NCBI GenBank assembly: GCA_016190155.1 | Contig: JACPRB010000095.1 | Coordinates: forward strand, 1-47,418 | Length of the DNA: 47,418 nt | Direction of reading: 5' to 3' | Source of the DNA: Planctomycetota bacterium | GTDB taxonomy: Bacteria; Planctomycetota; MHYJ01; JACPRB01 | In this document: in pieces, positions 1 to 7,976 of the stretch | Position numbering within the stretch: the first letter of the stretch is position 1 | Layout: every line of letters starts with the position of its first letter | The notes under the pieces: generated by a model | The model's database searches: none | Seen by the model: the letters and a program-made list of their open reading frames with translations, nothing else | What the model was told of the DNA's origin: nothing | Program-made: the position numbers and the translations under genes

Positions 1-46
1 CACAGAGTTCCTTGAGGAGGAAGGTTGTGCGCACACGCGTGGGTAT

Positions 47-82
47 AATCCGTGAAAATCCTCAGAATCCGAGAAATCCGTG
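47..82. repeat. Short tandem repeat, AATCC-core, 9-10 bp period
   Basis: AATCC at 47, 57, 66 and 75 (aatccgtga/aaatcctca/gaatccgag/aaatccgtg); reverse-orientation relatives at 16280-16297. Confidence 0.6.
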
Positions 83-239
83 TTGAAAGGGCGCCATAAA
101 ACATCTTCGTGCCGCGAGAGTATCTTGACCGTGAGTAGTCCAGAGGGTAACCGAGGACCCGGAGCAGCCCCCAACACCGGAGAACGCAGGGCGGCGGTGC
201 CCCAACCCAATCCCGGAACTCAATCGCGGCTCGACCGCT

Positions 240-394
240 CGGAGTACCTATAAGGAAACCAGGAAGCCAGGAGGAAGAGACGGGCATGAGGCTGGAGCAT
301 GAGGAGTTGACACCCCCATCGAGGCATGGCGTCCCCGAGATGACCTTGCCTCATGGAGCTTTTGAGAGCCCTCCGTCTCCTCAGAAAGATCCTC
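240..394. repeat. Degenerate copy of AGGAAGCC-based inverted-repeat (MITE-like) element
   Basis: 253-278 matches 17957-17982 at 25/26 nt; right end cctcagaaagatcctc resembles cctcagagatactc of the second copy. Confidence 0.6.
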
Positions 395-423
395 ATCTGG
401 GTATGGTACGCGGGCGTAACGCC

Positions 424-439
424 GTTACCTCGAGGTAAC
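424..439. promoter_or_regulatory. Perfect 16-bp palindrome upstream of pilin operon (candidate operator)
   Basis: GTTACCTC|GAGGTAAC; GGTAACCGAGG also occurs at 146-156 and 434-444. Confidence 0.35.
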
Positions 440-628
440 CGAGGTTTGCGAGGTGGTGTAAGGGAAGAGTGGAAATGGGCGAGGATCAACGTAGAATGGG
501 CTCTTGGGTGGAAACAGACTCCCTGGCGCGGGCACGAGCTTTGCTTTCCTTGGCGTGGCGCGGCAAGGGGTAGTGACCGTGGATATTGCGTTCCCGGACG
601 CTGTGGGCGCTTTTCGGTGGGGGGTGTC

Positions 629-1138
629 ATGAATCGCGCACGGACATGTGGAGCGATCCGTCGTCGGTCAGGCTTCACGCTGGTGGAGCTTCTGGTGGTC
701 ATCGTCGTCATCGGCCTTCTGGCGGCCCTGTTGCTGCCGGCCTTGGGAAGGGCGATGTGCACCGGTCGAATGGGCGCCACGGAATCCTTGGTGGACAACC
801 TCCATCAGGCCGCGAAGATGTACGAGTTGGACAACAACGCCTATCCTCCGGACGGCGGCGGGGCGTTCCCGTCGTCGAAGCTGGCGTTGCCGCTGAAGAG
901 TCTGGGCGGCAAGAAGGTCGCGTACTTCGAGTTCCAGCCGGACATGCTCGATTCGAGCAACAACATCAAGAGCCGTGTCCATGACTGGGATACGATCCGG
1001 TACCGCAACAACGCCGTGAACTACCCGGGCAATCAGCTCGACGCGAGCGCGCATAACAAGAGCTCCATCGATTTGTGGTGCAGCGACTGCAGCGGGACGC
1101 AGGTCAGTCCCAACACCAACGTGAATAACTGGGAGTAG
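629..1138 (+). CDS. Prepilin-type N-terminal cleavage/methylation protein, GspG-like (169 aa)
   Basis: ATG 629, basic leader then G|FTLVELLVVIVVIGLLAALLLP; Y..DN..YPP and C-terminal NNW as in GspG-like pseudopilins. Confidence 0.85.
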   Translation: MNRARTCGAIRRRSGFTLVELLVVIVVIGLLAALLLPALGRAMCTGRMGATESLVDNLHQAAKMYELDNNAYPPDGGGAFPSSKLALPLKSLGGKKVAYFEFQPDMLDSSNNIKSRVHDWDTIRYRNNAVNYPGNQLDASAHNKSSIDLWCSDCSGTQVSPNTNVNNWE

Positions 1139-1143
1139 ACGCG

Positions 1144-1659
1144 ATGAGAAGGTGCGCCCCCAAGGGATTCACCCTGATCGAGCTGCTCGTGGTCATCTGC
1201 ATCATCCTCATCTTGCTCGCGCTGATGGTGGTGCTCATCCGCGGCGTCATGGAGCGCGCCAAGAATACGAAGTCGAAGGCGTTCATCGAAATGCTGGATC
1301 GGGCGTGCAAGGATTACCACACGGATTGCGGGCAGTATCCGCCGGGCCCCGGCTCGCAGAATCTCCATCGGTGTCTCGGATCGCCTCGCGTCGTCGTCGT
1401 TCAGTATGTGAGCTCCGGGCCGAACATCACGACGACCAAGCCTCCCTACGTCGAGTTCAAGAAGGAGATGCTGCCGATCACCGCCGTGTCGACGTCCCCC
1501 AATCCGCCGCAGGTCTTGATCGACGCGTGGGAGCGCGTCGTCGAGTACGGCGGTTTCCCGGGGCAGCACAACACGAAGGCCGTGGACATCTGGTCGTCCG
1601 GCAAGGACGGCTTGAACAACACGGAGGACGACATCGCCAACTGGATTCGCGATTTCTAG
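1144..1659 (+). CDS. Prepilin-type protein, GspG-like (171 aa)
   Basis: G|FTLIELLVV; C-terminal DAW...DIWSSGKDG..TEDDIANW motif typical of GspG. Confidence 0.88.
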   Translation: MRRCAPKGFTLIELLVVICIILILLALMVVLIRGVMERAKNTKSKAFIEMLDRACKDYHTDCGQYPPGPGSQNLHRCLGSPRVVVVQYVSSGPNITTTKPPYVEFKKEMLPITAVSTSPNPPQVLIDAWERVVEYGGFPGQHNTKAVDIWSSGKDGLNNTEDDIANWIRDF

Positions 1660-1679
1660 CGCGATTGAGCGGGGTGCTT

Positions 1680-2255
1680 ATGAAGCAGCGGGGATTCACG
1701 TTGATCGAGATGCTGGTGGTGATCGTCATCATCGTGATCCTGGTCGGGGCGTCGGTGGCGATGATTAACGTCTTCTTCCGCGGCCAGGGGGTGCGCCAGG
1801 GCGCGTTGATCGTCACGCAAGCCATCGCCCAAGCCAAGCAGTTGGCCGCGGACAAGCGGTCCGTCCACTTCGTCGTATTCGAGAACAAGCCCGACGGCGG
1901 CGAGATGCGCATCTATCAGGACACGAGCGCGCCTTTCAAGGAGTTCACGCTGGGCGATACGGAGATCGAACAACGCCCGATCGGTCTTTCCAAGCATGTG
2001 CGGTTTCGCGGACCGTTTTGTCCCGCGTGGCTCGGCGTCGAGCCGAGCGGCTACGTCATCTTCAGCCCCGGCTCGATTTCCGGAGGCGGATTCATGGAAG
2101 TGCATGCGTCTTGGTTTGAAGGGCAGCTGCGGGCCGATCCGCCCGTCCTCGCCGGCGACATCGTTCTGGAGATGGCGAGCCAGCGCTACTTCATGTGCAT
2201 GGACGTCGATCGGGCGGGCGGCAAGATCCGTCGATCGCATTTCGTGACGCAGTAG
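1680..2255 (+). CDS. Prepilin-type minor pilin, GspH/FimT-like (191 aa)
   Basis: ATG 1680, MKQRG|FTLIEMLVV; helix 'AIAQAKQLA' followed by beta-rich body. Confidence 0.85.
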   Translation: MKQRGFTLIEMLVVIVIIVILVGASVAMINVFFRGQGVRQGALIVTQAIAQAKQLAADKRSVHFVVFENKPDGGEMRIYQDTSAPFKEFTLGDTEIEQRPIGLSKHVRFRGPFCPAWLGVEPSGYVIFSPGSISGGGFMEVHASWFEGQLRADPPVLAGDIVLEMASQRYFMCMDVDRAGGKIRRSHFVTQ

Positions 2256-2270
2256 GTCGGAGGCGATTTT

Positions 2271-3026
2271 ATGAGGCGGCGCGAACGCGGCTTGACCTTG
2301 ATCGAGATCCTGTTGGCGCTGATGGTGCTGGTGCTGGGAGTCGTGGGGATCTTGGCCCTCTTTCCGCGCGCCATGCAGTCTTCGAAGGAGTCGACGGAGT
2401 TCACGCAAGGCGCCATTCTGGGAGAGTCCGTGGCCAACGCGCTGACGACGGCGGCGCGGTTCGCGCAGTACGACGTCGGGACCGGACGATACCGGCTGAC
2501 GATGACGCACGACTCGAAGAACCTGGCCAGCGGGGCGCTGGTCTACTATCAGTTCCTGTTGCCGGGCTTTCAGGATCCGATGCTGGGCCCTTCGGGCACG
2601 CAGTGGTTCCATCACCCCGTCAACGGCGCGCCCATCGGGGTCGTCATGGCGGGCCAACCGGAGGATCCACAATGGTCTTGCTGGCAGCTGACGGGCGATC
2701 CGTGGACGAAGGCGCAGTTCGATCAGATCAAGGGTACCAGCGACACGACAGGGACGGACGGTTCGGAGCCGCTCAACCAATTCGCGTACTCGTTCGACGT
2801 CCGCAAGATCAACACGCTGGAGTATCTCTTGGGGACGCCCAAACCGACCGGCGGCAACTACGCGCTGGTGGATCTGGATCCTCTGGTGCGCGTCTGGGAG
2901 TTTCGCATTCACACCTTCCGGTTGATGCAGCCGGGGTCGATGGGCGCCGGCGGAGCGAGCAACGTGGCCGGCCAGGTCCCCAAGAAACTGATCGCGACGC
3001 TCACCACGCGCATTACCGTGAGATAG
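2271..3026 (+). CDS. Prepilin-type minor pilin, PilV/GspI-like
   Basis: G|LTLIEILLALMVLVLGVVGILALFP; GGAGG upstream. Confidence 0.85.
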   Translation: MRRRERGLTLIEILLALMVLVLGVVGILALFPRAMQSSKESTEFTQGAILGESVANALTTAARFAQYDVGTGRYRLTMTHDSKNLASGALVYYQFLLPGFQDPMLGPSGTQWFHHPVNGAPIGVVMAGQPEDPQWSCWQLTGDPWTKAQFDQIKGTSDTTGTDGSEPLNQFAYSFDVRKINTLEYLLGTPKPTGGNYALVDLDPLVRVWEFRIHTFRLMQPGSMGAGGASNVAGQVPKKLIATLTTRITVR

Positions 3027-3036
3027 GAGAGCACCC

Positions 3037-3921
3037 ATGAGGACGCCCGCGGGCCGCACGGGGTTCACCCTGATGGAGCTGTTGGTGTCGGTGGTGCTGA
3101 TGGTCATCCTCTTGTCCGCGGTGACCCTGGTGTTCATGAGGACGACGGAGACGGTCGCCATGAGTCAGGCCCGTACCACCGTCTACACCAACGCGCGCTA
3201 TGCGATGGACGTGATGGAGAACGACCTTCTGGGGTGCCTGCCCTTCACCAGCGGGCAGCAGAAGTTCATCCTCCAGAACGGGCGGACGATGCCGCCGTCC
3301 AATCCGCCGGCGGTCGGCGGAGGTTTTCACGTCGGGCAGGCGGCGGACTTCATCAAGTTCCGCGCCACGGCCCCTGTCGGCAACAGGCTGCAGACGGCGG
3401 AGATTTCGTATCATCTGATCCCGGGCAACCGGGCGCTGGCGATCCCGGGGCCGACCGCCTTGCCGGACGCCCTCAATCTCATGCCCCTCTGGCCGCCGGG
3501 CGATCCCGACCGGGGCCAGACGGTGCGGACGCCTTCCAGGCCGATCTACACGCTCGTGCGCCGGGTGCGGGTGCAGAACGCGCAGAATCCCGCGAACTGG
3601 GACCAGGTGGCCGTGGATTCGTTCGGCAACGCGATCCCGGACATGGAGGTGTGCTACTTCGTCGTCAGCTTCAACATCGAGTACCTGGCGAACAACATGA
3701 GCTTCTCGCAGATCGACGCCGGGCCGGCCATGCCCGGCGGCTCTCCGTGTCCGCCGAACGACCCGCTGGGGGACGGGGCGGGGCTGAACGACGGGATCGG
3801 TGCCGGGGCGGGCGTGGCCTTGCGCATCCCGGCGCTGCGCATCACGCTGGTGATCGTGGAGGACGTCGGGGCGCGCCAGGAGCGGCAGATCCAGAAGGAA
3901 ATCTGGATCCCGATGGGCTAA
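3037..3921 (+). CDS. Prepilin-type minor pilin, PilW/GspJ-like
   Basis: G|FTLMELLVSVV; 'ARYAMDVMENDL' helix typical of PilW/GspJ; AGGAG upstream. Confidence 0.85.
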   Translation: MRTPAGRTGFTLMELLVSVVLMVILLSAVTLVFMRTTETVAMSQARTTVYTNARYAMDVMENDLLGCLPFTSGQQKFILQNGRTMPPSNPPAVGGGFHVGQAADFIKFRATAPVGNRLQTAEISYHLIPGNRALAIPGPTALPDALNLMPLWPPGDPDRGQTVRTPSRPIYTLVRRVRVQNAQNPANWDQVAVDSFGNAIPDMEVCYFVVSFNIEYLANNMSFSQIDAGPAMPGGSPCPPNDPLGDGAGLNDGIGAGAGVALRIPALRITLVIVEDVGARQERQIQKEIWIPMG

Positions 3922-3924
3922 CGG

Positions 3925-3930
3925 TATAAT
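3925..3930 (+). promoter_or_regulatory. -10 box of probable leaderless promoter for lpxH-like gene
   Basis: TATAAT 6 nt before ATG 3937, no SD. Confidence 0.65.
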
Positions 3931-3936
3931 CGCGCG

Positions 3937-4725
3937 ATGCCGCGCTTTCTCTTCGTGGGCGACGTCCACCTTCGACCCGGCGATGCGGCGTTCAACGCGC
4001 CGTTCTTGAGGTTTCTCGAGACGCAGCGTGAGCGCGGTTTGGACGCGCTGATCATCGTGGGCGATCTCTTCGATTATTGGATCGGTCCGAAGCACCTGGA
4101 AGGCGACGACTATCGGGAGGCGCTGGAGGCTCTGCGGGGGCTGACGCGCGCGGGCGTGCGCATCGAGTTCCTCCACGGCAATCGCGACTACTTCGTCGAG
4201 GAGCGATTCGCTCGAGCGACGGGGGTACGCGTGGCGGGACGGGACCTCAGGATATCGCTCGGCGGTCGCGAGGTGTGGTGCACGCACGGCGATTTCGTGT
4301 ACAACCGCAACCCGAAGTACGCGGCGTATCGAGCGGTCATGCGTTTCAAGCCGTTGCGGGCCGCGTATCTGGCGATGCCGGCCTGCGTGGGAAAGGGCAT
4401 CGCGCGCGGGTTCCGCAAGGTTTCGCCGCGCACCACGCCGCAGGTTCGATGGACGCGCGAGGAGCTCGTCGAGGGGGCGCGCCCGCTCTTCGAGCGCGGG
4501 GCGGACGTGTTGATCTGCGGGCACATCCACTGGCCGAGCCACATCGAGTGCGCGCACGGATCGCGGCGGCGCGAGATCTTCGTGTTGGGGGATTGGTGCG
4601 GCGGCACGCGCGATTATGTGGAGTGGGACGGCGTCGATTTGAGGTTACTGAGGCCGCGAGGAACGGAGGTCCCAGAGAAAGAGGAATCGACACCCGAGGA
4701 CTCCGAGGACGCAGAGAAGAGATAA
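3937..4725 (+). CDS. lpxH: UDP-2,3-diacylglucosamine diphosphatase-like metallophosphoesterase
   Basis: GDVH, GDLFD, GNRD, HGD, GHIH and LGDW motifs; last ~25 residues derive from a DNA repeat. Confidence 0.8.
   Translation: MPRFLFVGDVHLRPGDAAFNAPFLRFLETQRERGLDALIIVGDLFDYWIGPKHLEGDDYREALEALRGLTRAGVRIEFLHGNRDYFVEERFARATGVRVAGRDLRISLGGREVWCTHGDFVYNRNPKYAAYRAVMRFKPLRAAYLAMPACVGKGIARGFRKVSPRTTPQVRWTREELVEGARPLFERGADVLICGHIHWPSHIECAHGSRRREIFVLGDWCGGTRDYVEWDGVDLRLLRPRGTEVPEKEESTPEDSEDAEKR
4641..4722 (+). repeat. GAGGACGCAGAG-family ~9-bp-period repeat, translated as LpxH C-terminal tail
   Basis: 4671-4720 aligns with 7629-7677; exact GAGGACGCAGAG at 4705. Confidence 0.7.
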
Positions 4726-4734
4726 GCGGCGGCG

Positions 4735-4759
4735 GCCGTTCGACAGGCTCACGGCAAGC
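4735..4759. repeat. REP-like hairpin with TTCGACAGGCTCA core between convergent genes
   Basis: GCCGT-TCGACAGGCTC-ACGGC-AAGC; 5-bp stem. Confidence 0.5.
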
Positions 4760-4770
4760 GAGCCGTACGC

Positions 4771-4941
4771 CTACTTTTTCACAGGCCGCCCCGTCCGGTC
4801 TTCCTGATAGACGAACCCCGCTCCGCAGCGTTGGCACGTGCAGTGCTTCTCGACGATGCCGCTCGACATGGGGCGGCGGCGATGGACCACGAAATCGCCG
4901 AGCCTACAGATCGGGCACGCCACCGTCATTCGGTGGATCAT
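4771..4941 (-). CDS. Small zinc-ribbon protein (~56 aa; start uncertain, 4941 or 4929)
   Basis: CPIC...CQRC pairs; overlaps the 3' end of the upstream same-strand gene. Confidence 0.6.
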   Translation of the reverse strand: MIHRMTVACPICRLGDFVVHRRRPMSSGIVEKHCTCQRCGAGFVYQEDRTGRPVKK

Positions 4942-5599
4942 CACGGCCTTGTGCATGCGCCACCTCCAGCTGTGCAAACCGCTCGGGCGCCACGCGGACC
5001 GCGATGACGCCGCGGTCCCGGAACGCCACGTCTCCCTCCACCCGGACTTCGCCGCGGCAGATCGCCAGAGTGCCGCCGCGGGGTACGTCGAAGGACTCCC
5101 GCGCGATCGCGTCGTCGACGAGGAGTACGGATCCTCTCGAGACGCGCACGACGCGACACGCCCGCCGCTGTTCTCCCACCATGACATCGACGGGCATGTC
5201 GTAATGCTTGCGCGCGTCCGCCGCCGCGCGTTGCAGGATCGCGCGCACGGCGGCGCGCAGACGTTCCACGCAGAGCGGTTTGGCGAGGACCGCCACGACG
5301 GGGCCGGCGGGCGGTACCTCGCGTTCCACGCCGGCGAAGACGATCGGCAGCGTCGGCCACTCTGTCTCGACGTGCTCGGCCAGTTCCGCGGGCATGCCGC
5401 CGGGGCCGATGACGAGCGCGTCGAAGAGCGCCGTGTCGAGCTTGAGGCGCGCCAGGCTCGGCTCGGGCTCCACGCAGACGCGGCATCCGCACGCGGCCAG
5501 GCCCGCGCGCACGAGCGCGCCGATCGATCCGTCCCAATCGAACGCGAGAATGTTCACGCACGAGAAATATCGGCGTTCTCGGGAGGCGTCTTGAGGCAC
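4904..5599 (-). CDS. Degenerate receiver domain plus PilZ-like domain protein (start may be GTG 5557)
   Basis: REC-like 'NILAFD...FDALVI...PIVF...VLAKPL'; PilZ-like 'ARKHYDMPV...VVRVSRGS...VEGDV'. Confidence 0.6.
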   Translation of the reverse strand: MPQDASRERRYFSCVNILAFDWDGSIGALVRAGLAACGCRVCVEPEPSLARLKLDTALFDALVIGPGGMPAELAEHVETEWPTLPIVFAGVEREVPPAGPVVAVLAKPLCVERLRAAVRAILQRAAADARKHYDMPVDVMVGEQRRACRVVRVSRGSVLLVDDAIARESFDVPRGGTLAICRGEVRVEGDVAFRDRGVIAVRVAPERFAQLEVAHAQGRDDPPNDGGVPDL

Positions 5600-5690
5600 T
5601 ATGGATTGTGCGCGGGTGTCGGCGAGGCCCCATGGGTATTAACCCATACGCTAACCCATATTTTTTGTGTTCCGCGCGCGTGATTTTGCC

Positions 5691-5718
5691 TTGACAGCTT
5701 AGGTCGGAGCGGTATCAT
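5691..5718 (+). promoter_or_regulatory. Sigma70-type promoter of dcw operon
   Basis: TTGACA (5691-5696), 16 nt, TATCAT (5713-5718). Confidence 0.7.
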
Positions 5719-5730
5719 TCTCGCAACAGG

Positions 5731-5758
5731 AGGCGGCGAAGTGAGCCGCCTGTTTTTT
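5731..5758 (+). terminator. Intrinsic-terminator-like hairpin in mraZ leader
   Basis: AGGCGGC-gaagtga-GCCGCCT followed by GTTTTTT. Confidence 0.5.
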
Positions 5759-5768
5759 ACCAAACGTG

Positions 5769-5793
5769 GTGGAAGAAAGTGGAGGCGCGGGGA
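5769..5793 (+). promoter_or_regulatory. MraZ-binding direct repeats (dcw box)
   Basis: GTGGA, GTGGA and GGGGA at 5769, 5779 and 5789 (10-bp period) just upstream of mraZ. Confidence 0.75.
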
Positions 5794-5820
5794 ACGGCCT
5801 CCCACGAAAAGTAGGCTGGA

Positions 5821-6294
5821 ATGTTCCTGGGAGAGCAGGCGCTGACGCTGGACGCGAAGAATCGTCTGGTCCTCCCGAGCAAGTTCAGGGTTTTTCTTAC
5901 CGACGACGACCTCAAGGGCTTCTTCATGGTGGTCAATCCCACCCGAACGGAACGCTGCCTGCGGCTGTACCCGCGGTCCACCTGGCAGCGTGTTCAGAAG
6001 GGGCTGATGAAAAAGGCGGACGACGCGAGCGATCCCTCGGAGTTCCTGAGGCTCATCGCGTCGCACGCCGAGTTCGCACCCATCGACGCGCAATTCCGCT
6101 TTGTGGTGCCTCCCAAGCTTGTGGAGTTTGCCCATCTTGGTCGCGACGTCATCATGGCGGGTAACCACGATTGGTTGGAGATCTGGGATCCGGGCGAGTG
6201 GGAAACCATCGCGGAGCAGACCCGCGAGAAGTACCGCCCGATGCTGCAGCGCGCGCTGTGGCCGGGGACGGAGGGGGACCAGCACAAGACGTAA
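5821..6294 (+). CDS. mraZ: Division/cell wall cluster transcriptional repressor MraZ
   Basis: MFLGE...LDAKNRLVLPSKFR, second repeat IDAQFRFVVP, GNHDWLEIWD; heads the dcw cluster. Confidence 0.93.
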   Translation: MFLGEQALTLDAKNRLVLPSKFRVFLTDDDLKGFFMVVNPTRTERCLRLYPRSTWQRVQKGLMKKADDASDPSEFLRLIASHAEFAPIDAQFRFVVPPKLVEFAHLGRDVIMAGNHDWLEIWDPGEWETIAEQTREKYRPMLQRALWPGTEGDQHKT

Positions 6295-6379
6295 CTGTGT
6301 CGGATCGCGACGGCAAAGATCGAGTGCGAGGGGAAGTGCGGACGCCCTGGCGCGTCCGGCGACCTGGAGAGAGGGAAGC

Positions 6380-6640
6380 ATGGAACCAGGGAACGGGGGC
6401 ATGTCTTCGGTGGAGATCGTTCGGCAGTTTCTGGAATCGCTCGACGGGCGCCAGCCCCGGCCGGAGGAAATCCGCCGGATCCGGCCGGCGCTGGATGATC
6501 TGGTCGCCAAGATCACGCGCCTGCACCAGATCGCTCCGGCGTACGGCCGCGCCACGCTGAGCGAGGAGGTCAAGGCGCTCGTGCGGCTGGCGCACGATCC
6601 GGCCGGGCCCGAATGGCTGCGGATCGCGGCCCTCTTCTAG
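6380..6640 (+). CDS. Hypothetical 86-aa helical protein between mraZ and rsmH
   Basis: ATG 6380 after purine-rich GGAGAGAGGG; GC3-biased codons; fills the mraZ-rsmH gap. Confidence 0.6.
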   Translation: MEPGNGGMSSVEIVRQFLESLDGRQPRPEEIRRIRPALDDLVAKITRLHQIAPAYGRATLSEEVKALVRLAHDPAGPEWLRIAALF

Positions 6641-6729
6641 CGGTGAGGCAGGTAGTGAGGATGGAATGGCAAGGAGAATAGGCGCATGAGAGAGGGGGCC
6701 GTTCCACTCGCTACCTCCCTCGCCGCTGG
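6637..6729 (+). other. Long imperfect RNA hairpin upstream of rsmH
   Basis: 6637-6670 pairs with 6698-6729 (~31 bp, four G-U pairs, one mismatch, one 2-nt bulge). Confidence 0.75.
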
Positions 6730-6741
6730 CGGCCCAGGGGC

Positions 6742-7599
6742 GTGATGCACGAACCTGTTCTTTTAAACGAAGTCGACCAGATCCTCCGGCCCGAACCGGG
6801 CAAGCTCATCGTCGACGCCACGCTCGGCCTCGGCGGCCACGCGGAAGCGTTCCTCGAACGCGGCGCGCGGGTCGTCGGAATCGAGTGGGACGAAGACGCG
6901 GCGGAGCATGCCGCGCGACGGCTGGAGCGTTTCGGCGGCGCGTTGACCATCGTCCGCGAGAACTTCGCGGAGTTGCCGGCGATCCTTGACAAGTTGAAGA
7001 TTGCGACCATCGACGGACTACTCCTGGATCTTGGGGTCTCCAGCCTACAGCTCGACGACGCATCGAGGGGATTCAGTTTCCGTTTCGAAGCTCCGCTGGA
7101 CATGCGCATGTCGCGCGCGTCCCGGCGGACGGCGGCCGAGGTGCTGTCCAGCCTGACCGAGAAGGACCTGGAACGGATCTTTCGCCAGTACGGGGAAGAG
7201 CCCAAAGCGCGGGCGCTGGCGCGGGAGCTCTGGAGACGTAAGGGGGAAACGGCGCGGTGGACGACCCGGGAGCTGGCTGAGTTCGTGCTCCGACTCGTAG
7301 GGAGACGCGGGCGAATTCATCCGGCGACCCGGGTCTTCCAGGCGCTGCGCATCGAGGTCAACCGCGAGCTGGATAATTTGAAGCGGTTGCTCGCCGTTGC
7401 CGATAAATATGTCGGGAGCGGAGGACGGATCGCCGTCATCTCGTTCCATTCCCTGGAAGACCGGATCGTGAAACACGCCTTGCGCGGGAACGCGGCCTGG
7501 AAGATCGTGACGAAGAAGCCGATCCGGCCGACGCGCGAGGAAACGCTGGCGAACCCAAGGTCGAGGAGCGCGAAGTTGCGGTCGGCGGAGCGCGTTTGA
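6742..7599 (+). CDS. rsmH: 16S rRNA C1402 N4-methyltransferase RsmH
   Basis: HEPVLL, DATLGLGGH, DLGVSS.QLD..RGFSF, HPATRVFQALRI.VN, SFHSLEDR, NPRSRSAKLR. Confidence 0.97.
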   Translation: MMHEPVLLNEVDQILRPEPGKLIVDATLGLGGHAEAFLERGARVVGIEWDEDAAEHAARRLERFGGALTIVRENFAELPAILDKLKIATIDGLLLDLGVSSLQLDDASRGFSFRFEAPLDMRMSRASRRTAAEVLSSLTEKDLERIFRQYGEEPKARALARELWRRKGETARWTTRELAEFVLRLVGRRGRIHPATRVFQALRIEVNRELDNLKRLLAVADKYVGSGGRIAVISFHSLEDRIVKHALRGNAAWKIVTKKPIRPTREETLANPRSRSAKLRSAERV

Positions 7600-7973
7600 G
7601 GACGCAGAGCGACGTGGATACCAGAGGACACAGAGAAGAAGAACCGACACCAGAGGACGCAGAGAACCCAGAGAAGAAGGGCACCGCCGGGTTCTCGGCT
7701 CTGCGCGCGATGCTGATCGTGATGGTCGTCCTGAATCTCGCGCTGGTCGTCGTCTTCCTGGAGGCGCGAGGAACGAAGCTTCGCTATGCGCTGGCCCGCA
7801 AGCGCGAAGCCGTCCGCGCGGAGACGCTGGAGAATCGGAAGTGGATGTTGGCCGTGGCGAAGGCGCGGCGACCCGAGGCGTTGGCCCGGCAGGCCGCGCG
7901 CTTCGGCCTGACGATCAAAGACGAGGAGAGAGGGGAAACGGGGGAGGTCGCGCGCGACCGCCGCCGTCCGTAA
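7596..7973 (+). CDS. ftsL: FtsL-like bitopic cell division protein
   Basis: Lies between rsmH and ftsI; one TM then coiled coil ending 'PEALARQAARFGL'; TTG overlaps rsmH stop; start uncertain. Confidence 0.7.
   Translation: MRTQSDVDTRGHREEEPTPEDAENPEKKGTAGFSALRAMLIVMVVLNLALVVVFLEARGTKLRYALARKREAVRAETLENRKWMLAVAKARRPEALARQAARFGLTIKDEERGETGEVARDRRRP
7598..7679 (+). repeat. GAGGACGCAGAG-family repeat in the FtsL N-terminal coding region
   Basis: Exact GAGGACGCAGAG at 7598 and 7653, variant GAGGACACAGAG at 7624. Confidence 0.75.
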
Positions 7974-7976
7974 CGG

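Noticed and set aside
353-628. N-terminal extension of the first pilin ORF, and similar extensions from 1152, 16956, 21719, 33944, 35752 and 40359
   Set aside because: Motif positions, SD or -10 boxes and overlaps with neighbouring genes support the later starts.
5632-5660. ATGGGT/ACCCAT palindrome and TAACCCATA direct repeat
   Set aside because: Short and single-locus; it could be an operator but cannot be supported.
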